Position numbers and translations under genes: made by a program. The notes under the pieces are model-generated. The model saw nothing but the letters and a program-made list of their open reading frames with translations. It ran no database searches and was not told the origin of the DNA. DNA of 51,784 bases, filler included, from Streblomastix strix (Eukaryota): the NCBI GenBank assembly GCA_008636045.1. It is 2 parts of 2 records of this genome, joined end to end, with 100 filler letters (N's around TTAATTAATTAA, not from the genome) between each part and the next. Parts side by side here need not be neighbours in the genome. Positions count along the whole stretch, not along the records: positions 1 to 25,849 come from SNRW01000189.1; positions 25,950 to 51,784 come from SNRW01000190.1. One strand, written 5' to 3'. This document shows, in pieces, positions 25,691 through 37,834 of the stretch (position 1 is the stretch's first letter; each line of letters begins with the position of its first letter).

Positions 25691-25849
25691 AATGTCCGAT
25701 GAAGAAATTTTTCTAAAGATACAGAAGAGATAGTATGAAATTAATATTATATATGTATGTAACAAATGTATATGTATAAATTATATCTATTAAGAATTCA
25801 TATCTGTTTTAATAGATTTTATAATTTTAGGGAAAAAAGCATTTAAGGT

Positions 25850-25949
25850 NNNNNNNNNNNNNNNNNNNNNNNNNNNNNNNNNNNNNNNNNNNNTTAATTA
25901 ATTAANNNNNNNNNNNNNNNNNNNNNNNNNNNNNNNNNNNNNNNNNNNN
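25850..25949. other. Artificial contig spacer: 44 N + TTAATTAATTAA + 44 N
   Basis: Exactly 100 nt, symmetric, with a six-frame stop linker in the centre. Confidence 0.95.
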
Positions 25950-26360
25950 TGAAGAAAACAAAATAAGGACACAAAGGGATTGCAATGTTTCATGTTGAAA
26001 CAGTTGCAATATGTTATTTTGTTTATTGTTTATTAATAACACGTCATTTTTGAACGGTCTGGGCCCCATTGAGTGAGCCCATGTGCAATAAAGAGGTAAG
26101 CTCGCCTTATTACAGGTGGTGTTCCATCAACAACTTATTCGGTTATATTCATGAAGAAAGAAATAATAACTGGCAACCATCTTTCTAACCTCAAAAATAA
26201 CTTGCTAAAACATGCGTAGAAAAAATAGAAGAAGAAGGAGGAAATGAAGAAATTGAATCATAATTAATAAATAAATGGAAAGGATTATGGCATTAATATC
26301 ATTGAAGAAACAATCGAAGCCAAAAGAATAATAAATAACTTCTATATTGAGTTGAGCAAC
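25950..26360 (+). pseudogene. 3' relic of a host multicopy helical-protein family (KIEEEGGNEEIESQLIN)
   Basis: Motif resembles the C-terminal QIRESGGAEELEAQIF of 33408-35083; the frame is broken. Confidence 0.5.
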
Positions 26361-26620
26361 ACAATACCAGAGTGGTATTATTGATAAGTTTGATCTTTAT
26401 ATATTTTAGCATTGAATACCCATTTCATACTAATTAATACAATAGTTTTTTATTGATTTAGTTTTATTTAAAATACACAGTATCAATGATCCAATATTTG
26501 TGAGAGATTGAAATTAATTTTGATATTATATTATTATTATATATATTGAATAACTTATTATGAATAAAATAATTAAATTAATAGAAATGTTAAATAAATA
26601 TTTAACAATTAAATTAAAAA

Positions 26621-28546
26621 TCACATAAAAATAACACGTCGTTCCAAGTCTTTCAATCGATCTTCAATTCCAAAGATCTGAGCTTCAATTTGATTCTGCT
26701 TTTATCTCCCTTTACAAATATCAGATGAAATAGCATCTAATTGAGCTTGCATATTCTGTATTTGCTTATTCAAATTCTCAAACTGTGCATTTACAGCTAA
26801 TGACTATGAAGATGAGTATGTGTAATTTGTTTGTTGTCGTTATGTTTAGTTCTAATCAATGCGAAATGGTGAGTCATTGTGTTTCAGTAATGTTTAATTG
26901 ATGATTGAAATTGGCGAATTAATCAATTACAAATCTTTGAATAGTTCTGAAATTGTAGATGGTGAAGATGATTAATATTTAGAAGGAGTAGAATTTGGAG
27001 ATAATTATTGAATATTATCAGAATTAAGGCCAGAATGATCATAAAAAGCTGACTTTTGTTATTTAATCTTGTTAATGGATTGTGTTATTATCTGCATTTG
27101 TGTTTGTTATTGTGTTTGTGATTATTCAATTCTGTGAGTTGTTTCTTATAATTGAACAGAAATAGATCCAAATTGTGTTTAGAGTTGTTCAATCTACAAT
27201 TCAAGCATCTTCTGCCATTACTATATGTATAAGTAAATTATAATAAATAAAATATTGGATAATTCTAAAAATTAATTAATTTATTTTTATAATTTAATTA
27301 TAAAAAGAAGAATTTTAGATTATATCATCTTATATTCAAACTTTCATCTGTTCAATACTTCTTTTAACATCATCTTTTGTATTTGATGTTTCTTAATTTA
27401 GCCTTTTTGCAGTTTCATTTTCTTTTTTCGTGTTTCCTTCATTGATAAATTATTATGTCTGTAAAAGAACTCGTTTTGATATTTATTATTCCATCTGAGT
27501 CATTTATCTGTCAAATTGGGCTAATTAAAGAATATGAATATATAATAATAGAAATCAGTTAATTATAAATAAAAGTAATTACAATAATTAATGAATAATG
27601 AATATTATTCTTATAATAAACAAACTTTATTGTTTCAATTGAGAATCAGAAATCATTGTTTGTATCTTTGCTTATAAAATCGTGAATGATTACAAATCAG
27701 AAGAATCAATATGAGATGGAGTTGCTGTAACAGATGTATACAATTATCCTGAACGAGTTGGTGTATGAATTTGATTCATTTATAACATATCAGAATTTTC
27801 ATTGTTGATTCTATTATTATTAGTGGATGAAATCTAAGATGTTGCATTTGGGATTAAAACATCCAGTAATCCTCGCATTGTTGATAGATTGTCGTTCAAT
27901 GCTCGCTCTTTCCTTTCTAAATTAATAATACGTTCATTGAATGTCTAATCAAGAGATTGCCATTTCTAAATATAAATAAAAAATATGAATAAATAAATAA
28001 ATATGAATAAATAAATATAATTTTCAATACTCTATCATTCAGTTGATTCATGATTTTATTCTATGAATTAATTTATTCTATTTATATTGATGTGTCTTAT
28101 AATTAAATTTATGTCAATTATCTTAATTCAGTCATTTTATCATCAAAATCTTTTACATTAATAAAGAATTACTAATCTATCTTCTTTTATCTAATTTGCC
28201 TAGAAAGAATATAAATATAAATTAAGAAAGAATAATAATAATAATAAATACATTTCTTCTGAGCTTCTGGAAATATTTGCATCTATCCAAGTCTTAAGTC
28301 GCTTTTCTAATTCAACAGCTTAACCCTGTCTAATGTAATCTGACTAAATTGCATTAATCTGATTCTCATAAGCAATATTGAGGTATGATAAACGTTTACC
28401 TTCCTATATTAGAAAATCGAGAAATAAATTATTATTAAAAAAAGAAGAAAAAGAATACAGCAAACATTTTATAAGTCGTGAAGTTCTTTTTTAATTGATT
28501 AAAGTTCATCCAAAATTGTTGGTAATTGAATTCTAGAGCTGTCCAT
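26621..28546 (-). CDS. Host multi-exon coiled-coil protein of unknown function
   Basis: MDSSRIQLPTILDELQSIKKELHDLQ... to ...IEDRLKDLERRVIFM-TGA, with several short AT-rich GT-AG introns. Confidence 0.7.
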
Positions 28547-29391
28547 ATCCGAAATACTTTAAAATAATTAAAAAATATATATGATTAAAATATATTTGAA
28601 TTAGAAAATAAAATGTTAGACTAGAAAAAAAGGTAAAATAATTGAAATTTTTTTTTAATTAATTAATTTACTAAAATAAATAGAATTTTAAATGTATTTT
28701 ATACAAAAATTGTAACTAACACAAAATTATACAAATAAAATACACCAATTAATAAATGAGCCTCAACGTACGCTTAATAAACCTGTTGCAACATTTTTGA
28801 AAAATTAATATAGCAATTAAAATGTTTCAATGGAAATAAATTATATTTTTTTATTAATTTTCATAGTTATTATTTATATCTTTGAAGTTATTAGTTTAAA
28901 ATTTGTTATAAATATTTAAAAAAGAAGAAAAAATATTGTTTAACATTTTGATGCGTTTTTTCTATTTTATAGAAAATATTTAGAATTATTAATAAATAAA
29001 AATAATAAATGATAATATTTAAATTAAAAAAAATTTGATCAAATCACATTATTGTTTGATGAAAGACATGACAATTGACTTACAAATTATTGTAAAGTTA
29101 TTTTCATCTCCTTAGAGCATAAATAAATAAAAATATTTTTTTAATAAATTAATTAAATAATAAATTAAAAAATTCATATTCTATCTTATTATTTAAATAA
29201 TTTAATAAGATTATATTTTCCTAGAGTATAAGGAATAAATTCTTTATGTTTGATATATGAAATGAATTTAAAATATAAACTTAAATCTTTTAAAATATAT
29301 AATTCCTACAAAAATCATTCACATTTTTCACAAAATTTTCATTTATTTTCGGTTTTTTTTTTCATTAGCACTTTCTTTTTTGACTACATTT

Positions 29392-32300
29392 ATGTCTAAC
29401 AACACTGAAGAAGATTTTGCGTACATTATTCTACACAAACCTGTAGAGGATAATATATCATCGGATGTATAATCTATTACTTCATTTTTTTCCAATTTTT
29501 TTATTAAATTCTTATCCTAGTCCTCAGCTATTCTTGATGAGATTCGCTTATATATTTCACAGATAAGAGAATATAAAACAAATATTGAATTTATGAAGTA
29601 TCTACTGCATCTCGTAATCGTTGCCTAAATAAAATAAATAAAAGAATTGAACAAGATTGTTAAATCCACTTCACTTGCAAATACACTCTTACAAATCCTA
29701 ATAGATATCAATTCACCTGAAAATGATGTATGCTTTCAATTTTTTTGTTAATATTAGTTATATTATAAATTATTTGTACAGGAACTAATAGTTGTAACTG
29801 CAATACTTTGTGCAATTGGTGCACTTGATCAAGTGAAATTATTAGCACAAAATGAAGATTGTTTATTTGGAGAAGATTTCATTGTCTGGGCCGAATTGTA
29901 CAAGAATTAAGAAGAGATATAAGTTGCTTTACAATAATTACAGAATGCAAAAACTTAAATTAATGATAATGATAATAATAATAATAATACTAATGATATT
30001 ATAAACAATTAAATTGATAGTGATGAAAACTCAAATAAAGATTAAGCAATTTCTCTGGATAAATACATTTAATAACAGGATTAATACCATTAATAATAAA
30101 TCACTGACTTACTTGATTCAGAAAAGGAAGAAAATTCATAATCTGATCCAAAAAAGCATTAATCTGAAAGTGAAGAAAATGTGATTCTTGAACCGATGCT
30201 GTTGGGATAAGTGTTTGAAAAGAAAGTGTTTAGAGTGAAAAATAAGTTCATTGATTCACTAAACTCGAGAAGTATGGCGAATAATTAATATATTTATTTA
30301 ATTTCATTAGAATTTAATATTCATAAATTGAAATAATTAATTCATTTTTCATTTTATTATATTTATACAAATATATTTATTAATTCATTATATATTTTAC
30401 ATAAATCACTTTTAATTTATTTATTATTATTTCAGGATTCGGATTCATTGCTGCAGAAGATGAAATAATGAACAACATTCCAGTTCCAGGGAAGAACTTC
30501 AGAGCTATTACATATGATGAGAAAGAGTTTGATTATATATATATTTATGAATATTATAATAATTACATGAATATTTGTTAGTATTAATTAGTGAATGCAG
30601 TCAAATAATTCATTATTAGTTAAATAAATAAAAATTGATTATATTTTCCTTTATTATTTATCATTAATATTAATATTTATATTATAATATATAGTGGAAT
30701 AATAAGATTGGGTTGGTTGGAAGTATTTAGATGGATTCCTTCAAGTAGGAAGAAGAGGTATAACAATGAATTATCAAAAATAATAAAAGAAGAAATGAAA
30801 TAAAAATGTTTATTAAATAATTAAATCTATTTTTATTTATATTATAAAACAGAAAAATAACATTTGAACTTGATCTTCAAGAAAGTATTCCACAGACTGC
30901 AATTCGCATCTTCTATGGAAAAGAAGAATCACCAATTCTTTTCGTAAATGTTCCTAAGCAGCTCAAAATATATGTATGATACTTAAATTTACATAAATTA
31001 AAATAAAAAATGAATTAGAATGTATTTAATTGTTAATATTAATGGTTCATTTTATTTATGTATTATTTCATATATATTCAGTTGGCTTATGACAATCTTC
31101 CAGGCACCAAATACAAAAATAAGATCTTTGAAATCCCAAAACCTTCATAAAAAAAGAATGATAAATAATGATTGAAATAATAGTTTATTTGATTAATTAA
31201 AACAAATTGAACAATTTTATCAAATTAATAATCCAAATATTAATTTTCATATTTTTGATAAACAATTAATAGGACTATTGCATATGAGAAAGTGATTGAT
31301 TACAATTCATCAGTTTCGTATTAAAATATTCAAGAAATTAGATAATAAAAAGTTGATAATTTGAATGATAAAGAAATTGAAATAATATTTGATAATCAGA
31401 ATTTAGAAACGAATTTTGAATTTAAGAATGGAAAAGAAAAAGAAATCAAAACAATGTTTCATAATTGGAATTTAGAAATGAATTTTGAAATTTAAAAAGA
31501 AAATGATAAGGAAAACAAAACAATGAATGATAATTAAAAATCAGAAATGAATTTTGAAATTAAGAAAGAATAAGAAAAAGAATAAAGTTAATTATTTAAA
31601 ATAATCAGTATGAATGAATTATAGAAATAAAGAATTGAAGAAGAAAAAGAAAAAGCTGATGAAACGATCCCATAAAAGATTAAATGTTCAACTAAAGTGT
31701 TTGAGAAAATGATTTACAGAGTCAACAATCAATATTTCAATTCTTAGAACTCCAGAAGTGCGATTTTACTATTTATTTTACATGAATTGAATAAATTTCT
31801 ATATGAACTATAATAATTAATTTAATTCACTTTTAATTCATTTATTATTATTTATTATTTCAGGATTCGGATTCATTGCTGCAGAAGATGAAATAATGAA
31901 CAACATTCCAATTCCAGGGAAGAACTTCAGAGCTATTACATATGATGAGAAAGAGTTTGATTATATATTTATGAATATTATAACAATTCCTATCTTATAA
32001 TTAAATGAATAAATAATAATTTTGCCATTTAAACTATTTTCGTATTTAATTCATTTAATAAATTATTTGATTATTATAATATTTATTTTATTAATCCTAT
32101 TAAATATGTTTATTATTATAATATTTATAGAGGCATAATCAGATTGGGTTGGATGGAAGTGTTCAGATGGATTCCAACTTAAGATAAATATAGGTACAAT
32201 ATATTATTATAAATATTAAATAATAAAGAAATAAAAATGGATTTATTAACTCAAAATGTTATTTATATTATGTTTTATTAGAATAACCTTTGAACTTGAT

Positions 32301-32779
32301 CTTCGAGATGATGTAGAATAAAACACCATTCGCATATTCCATGAGACTAATGAAGGTCCAATTGTCTTTGTTAATGTGACAAAGATATTAAAACTTTATG
32401 TTTGATTTATAAATAATAATGAAACAAAGAAATTTTTAAATTTTATTATACCAATAATCATTGAAAATTAATGTTATATAATATATTTTTCATACTTAAT
32501 TAATTATTAATACATTTAGCTTTCATTTGATGGTCACCCAAACACAAAATAATAACATAGTATTTACACCCTTGAAAGTGCGTCTTTCAAAAAGTTTGAT
32601 AATTACTTATTTAGATTAATTAATAAAATTTGGAAACAATATATCAATTACATATATATTATATTTATATTTATATTCATTCATATTCATTCATATATTC
32701 ATTCACATTTATTATTAATAGAAAATGTGGATACGAGAGAGTGATTGACTATAATATGGATCTCAATTATTAGAATTGA
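29392..32779 (+). CDS. Host multi-exon protein with two tandem divergent SPRY/B30.2-like domains
   Basis: ATG 29392. A duplicated exon set (~30210-31320 and ~31695-32779) encodes FGFIAAED...ELDL...IRIF...PIxFVNV, similar to the domain at 50379-51472. TGA at 32777-32779. Confidence 0.65.
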
Positions 32780-33407
32780 ATTTGAATATAGGAAATATTA
32801 TTTTGAGAATATGAAAATAAAGGGATTGAAATATAATATATATTAATTGAATATGAAAATCTTATTAATATAACTTATTATATTTCATGCTATTGTCCTA
32901 GTTAATATGTATTTAACTTAGCATTTTCCATGATTATATTATAAAGGCACTTTTTTATTATCTTAGTTATAAGTATTTAATATTGAATCCCTATTCATCA
33001 TTTTATATATTTATTATTTTAGTTTTTATTTGAAATTTTTTTGCGAATTTTTATAATAATTTCATTTTCACTTCATTCATATTTTATATTTTCTCGGTAA
33101 ATTTTTTCAAAGAATGGCAATTTTAGTCTGATTGTCATAGTAATCAATTTTTCGTTAGGCTGAATAGCAAAATACACATCATCATTTTTGCTATTCATTA
33201 ACACCAATCTATGAGTGTCTTTCTAATTTAAATAAAATATAAAGAATGAGTGAATAATTGATTTTTTATTTTTATTATTAACTTTTATCCAGCACAAACC
33301 AAATAATATCATATCAAAAAAATATGAAAATTAACATAAATATTATTTAATATTTTTATTCTTTCTTAATCCACTCTACTTATTCATTTCATTTTTTTAA
33401 TCTTTAT

Positions 33408-35083
33408 TCATTGGATGTAATTTAAATCATATTTAAAACGATTAATCATTTCCTATTTTGCATTATATGCCATCACCCATGAATTATTTTCATCATTCTT
33501 GAATATCTATGCTTCAAGCTCCTCCGCACCACCAGACTCACGAATTTGCTCTTCCAAAGTTTTAATCAATTAAGTTCGTGTTTTAGGATCCTTATACATA
33601 CGAAGTATTATGAAGGAATTGTTTATATTACTAAAGGATAGTAAATTCGCGACATGACCTTCCTCGCCAATGCCACCAGCTGTGCTTAAAGCTTCAATAA
33701 CAACATCAATATAATGACATTCAATAATTAATTGGTGTATCAATGGGTCATCATTATAATTCCAGAAGCGGTGCAGGACTTATAGACTTTGTGTTCGTAA
33801 CTTATATTCTAACTCTATATTCTGGCCTATACGCAGTTTTCTGTTGTATCTGGTTAGTTACACTACTGATGGTATTAAGCCTGGAAACTATGAAATGAAT
33901 TTTTATAGGGATGGATCAAAAAACGTTAAAATAACAAATGCAGAGGTAATAACTGGTACACGATAAGCTGTTTAAGAAAAAGTTGTTATTTCTTTCTTGT
34001 CCGCATATTAACCTGCAAATTCCTAAGCAAGATATGCAATATGGTCTACTACTGCATGCTCTTAAATCATGTATTTTTAAATATTAATTGATTCTGCAAA
34101 TAATGCTTTGTGCGTAAGATTAACAACAGATTGAAAATGTAGTGCAACTGGTGTTTCATATAACTCAATCCTATAAGGGCAATGTAACTTGGGAGAACAA
34201 TTGATATGAAACAGGGGAGCTAATTTCTCATGAATCTTCACTTTTGATGCAAAATATTCTTTCTTTTACGGTGTCATTCCCAATGAATAAAAAACATTTA
34301 GTGTTTTTTCCCCAGTTTTCAGGATTGTCTCGAATTTATCTCTTTAAAAGATTTTGCCTTCTTTCTGGTTGTCATCTGTATACGCTCCATATTTAATTAT
34401 TGTTTTGTATAAAGCTGATAAACTTTTAACCAGAATTTTGGAAGCAATCTCGAGAACTTATTGGTCAACTTCAGCTTCACCTGTAATATAAAGAAATATT
34501 CGCCAAAGCTGCTCTAATGTTCCTTAAAATGGCGCATTCTTGCTGGTTTATCTTTAAGCATCAACAATATCTCGAATTATACTTTTAACTTTCTCCAATA
34601 TGCCGGAATTCATCATTATTTCAAAACGGTGTAGCTTGCATAAGCATTGAACAACAAATTCAAGTAGGTCGAGCAATGCAAGTTAGGATGCAGATGTGTA
34701 ATTGAATAAATGATTATCAATGGATTTGCAAAAATTGCTAGATAATATCAGCTAAAATTTATCTTTGTCTGTCTATAAAATACGTTCAAGCTCAGTTTGT
34801 AAAATAGATACTTTCTCTGCCTTCTAGGAATCATTAAGCGTGCTTTCAGCAAATATCTGGCCAATTTATTATGGCAGTAAAATTTCGCTTATTGATAAAC
34901 TGATAGAACTAGTTTTACAGGAGAAAAAAAGAAAAAATAAAAAGCTGGAAATTTCAATGATTAAACTATATTTTGAATGGATAATGGCAATTAAAATACT
35001 TTAGATTTCTTAGTTTAAATTTAAATATAATAAGCTCACACGATTTTTATATCATTTTGCAATCAAAAATATTAACTTACCAT
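33408..35083 (-). CDS. Host helical (ARM-like) hypothetical protein, ~510 aa, with a predicted signal peptide
   Basis: ATG|GTAAGT intron 34944-35080, then LLFFLFFSCKTSSIS... in one long exon to TGA 33408-33410. Confidence 0.7.
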
Positions 35084-35208
35084 TTTCTTATTTCTGGACC
35101 ACTTAACATAAAAATTTTTCTTTTCTCTATATTATTTAATTACATTTTCTTATTTTTTGTTTAATCATTTAAATTTTAGCTTTTTCAACCTTGAATATAA
35201 ACTTGAAA

Positions 35209-36010
35209 ATGAATTATTAACTTCATAACGCTTCATACTCGTCTTTACGCCCTTCTGACACAGCGATAAGCACATCATTTGAATAAAAAGTATAATTAAA
35301 TATACTTTTGATTATTTTTTTCTAATTTAATATTGCTACTCCTTAAATTATGATTCAGACCATGTTGCCAATTCTCAAAACCGAGATCTTCGTGCAGAAA
35401 ATTAGACGCTTCGAAGAGAAAAATGTGAAAATGAATTAAAATAAACAAAGAGAAGATTATTACTCTAAAATATTAATTAAGAGATATTGAAGAGTAACTT
35501 CACAATTCACAGAAAACCGTCTTAAAAGAAAAAGAATTTGTGAATAAAGAAAAAAGAAAAAAAAAATTGAAGATTTAATTATAATTTGAAATAGAAGAGA
35601 AAACGCAAACATTGGGAAAATGAATGAAGTTAAAAACGCTTGTCAAAAAACAAAATTAGGAGCCGAAAGCAGAATAAGCGCTTTAATATGAAATAAGAAA
35701 AAAATAAAACTAAAATTAAGAAACGAAGAAAGATTGAAAAATGAATGTGAAATGTTGACATATGAAAATGAATCAAAACAAAGTGAAGTTGAAAGATTGA
35801 AATGTGAAATTGAAATAAATTCCGAAGCTTAACAAGAAAGAAACATTCAATTAAGAAGTGATAGAAAAGCTATAAAGAAAAGAAATTGAAATTTTACTTA
35901 AATTGGAGCAGAAATTATGAAGCTATCATTCGTGACAGAATGCGGGAGTATAATTGAATTGGATGTGATACAATTGACAGGTGGAACACAAAGCCATGGT
36001 GGTATCTATG
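35209..36010 (+). pseudogene. Coiled-coil gene or relic
   Basis: E/K/Q-rich frames with a probable intron at ~35290-35358; the frame is not continuous. Confidence 0.35.
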
Positions 36011-36593
36011 ATTTTTTTAATTTTAATTTCTCTCACATTCAATCACTTTTCAACTCAATTTCACAATGATCAAATTCAATAGTTTTTACTTTTAAACATT
36101 TTACCTACACTTATATTATTTTTTTTTACTTTACTTGTTTCATCTCACTGTTGAACTGTCTTTTTCGTTTCAATAGTTACCAATAGATGTAATACATAAA
36201 AATAGCTTCAATTAACATTGATATACATCAATATATTTCATTTTTGGAATTAATATAAAATATCATTAAAATCAATTGAATATTTATCAAAATAAATTAT
36301 GAAATTATTTTAATCAAATGTTAAATATAGAACAATTTTATTGATAAGAACAGCACACAATTATGGCGGAACAGGTGCCATTGATCTGTTTCACATTTGC
36401 TTTCATAAATATTTTCCATTTTATTATTAATTAGTATAATTCATTCTTTGCTTAGCTGCTGTAATTAAATAGAAAATAATAATCAAGATTGTATTTATCT
36501 TCAATCAATTTTAATTAATTATTAATTTTCTCTGCTTGATTTGGTTTTTAAAATGTTTATGAAATTAATATTCATTTTCAAATTATTATTTCA

Positions 36594-37132
36594 AAATAAG
36601 ATGTATTGACATATTATTGCAAAAATAAAGAGAAATTTATGTCTGATGATTGTAAAACATATACAAATAACGACTTGAAACAAAGAATTTATGAAAAAGA
36701 ATAATTAAGTAGTTATTAAAAAATATTACAGGTTAAAAAAAAAGAAGATAATAAATTGCATATAAAAAAAATCGATATTAATATAAATTAAAAAAAATAA
36801 AGACTAGAACAATTTTGAGATGTAGTTTCAGAAATAAAATAAAAAATACTTCAACAAATAAGACTTCTTCATTTAAGAAAAAATCTTCGGATTTTAAAAA
36901 GTTAATAAAATCTACTTAAAAAATTAAAAAATAAATCAAATATTGAAAATGATATCATGATTCAAACAACAACAATGATTTCTGGATCTTAATCATACAT
37001 AATCTCATTGAATAATTAAATATATTCAATTCCCTAGTCCAATGTAGAGTAATTGATTATCCTCAAAAAGGCAATTTCGGATTGATTTAGCACTGTAAGT
37101 GGTATGCCAAACTCTTCAGCAAAGTAACTGTT
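36594..37132. repeat. Dispersed duplication (cyclin 3' end plus downstream flank), partner at ~49567-49820
   Basis: Shared blocks such as GATGATTGTAAAACATATACAAATAAC, CATAATCTCATTGAATAATTAAATATATTCAA and AAGTGGTATGCCAAACTC. Confidence 0.85.
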
Positions 37133-37537
37133 ATTGAAAACTTCATCCCTCAGACCTTTCAATGTTATTATGACAAGAATAACGAGCATTGTTCCGATAT
37201 TTGACTTGTTAAGGTATTATACTCCCCTCTCTGCTTGTATAGAGGCAAACCTTTAAAGTAGCGCATACATATGGATAGATTCTTAAAGTGTTATATGAAT
37301 ACATCGTTTCATATACTTGAAAAATTGCGTGATTTTTGAGATAGAAACGGTTTTGTCTGTGCCCAACACTGCTTTGTTCAAAATCTTGACCATCTTCTAC
37401 GCCAATAATTATTAGAATTGGTTTTCATACAATTTTGCTTCTATGACTTCGCTTTCAAAGGTGTTATCACTGGTAATATCAGCTTTTTCGATTTCAATAT
37501 TTTTGGTTTTAGTTGCGTTCTAATAGTATCCTGCCAT
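36962..37537 (-). CDS. PHO80/PCL-like cyclin (191 aa, intronless)
   Basis: Cyclin-box motif VIITLKGLRDEVFNNSYFAEEFGIPLTVLNQSEIAFLRIINY; intact ATG-TGA frame. Confidence 0.8.
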
Positions 37538-37834
37538 TATATGTAAATCTATAATATATTACAAATAAAATAAAAATATTAAATTCACATATTTATTTAG
37601 TTAAAAACGTATGATATGTTGAGAAATCTTGAGTTCTTTTTATTACATAATAACTAGCCACTTAAAGCAAGATTTCAGCTCGCAAAATTGGAGCGGTATG
37701 TGGGGTATGATTATTAATTAAAAATATTATATACAAACGCTTGCGCCACATACAAGATTTTTTATCATTAATTTCGGAATTTCGCTAGATTTGGCAAACA
37801 TTATGAATTAAATTTATATAAATCATGCAAATAT

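Larger units (their letters stand above)
15900..25849. mobile_element. Endogenous Polinton-like virus, element 2, heavily decayed and truncated at the contig end
   Basis: Integrase, A32-like ATPase, two fibre-like genes and putative capsid fragments; intronless; many stops and frameshifts. Confidence 0.85.

Noticed and set aside
1..25849. Bacterial prophage or contaminant (tail fibres, HNH)
   Set aside because: Genes use TAA and TAG as Gln like the host and include pPolB, rve integrase and an A32-like ATPase typical of eukaryotic Polinton-like viruses.
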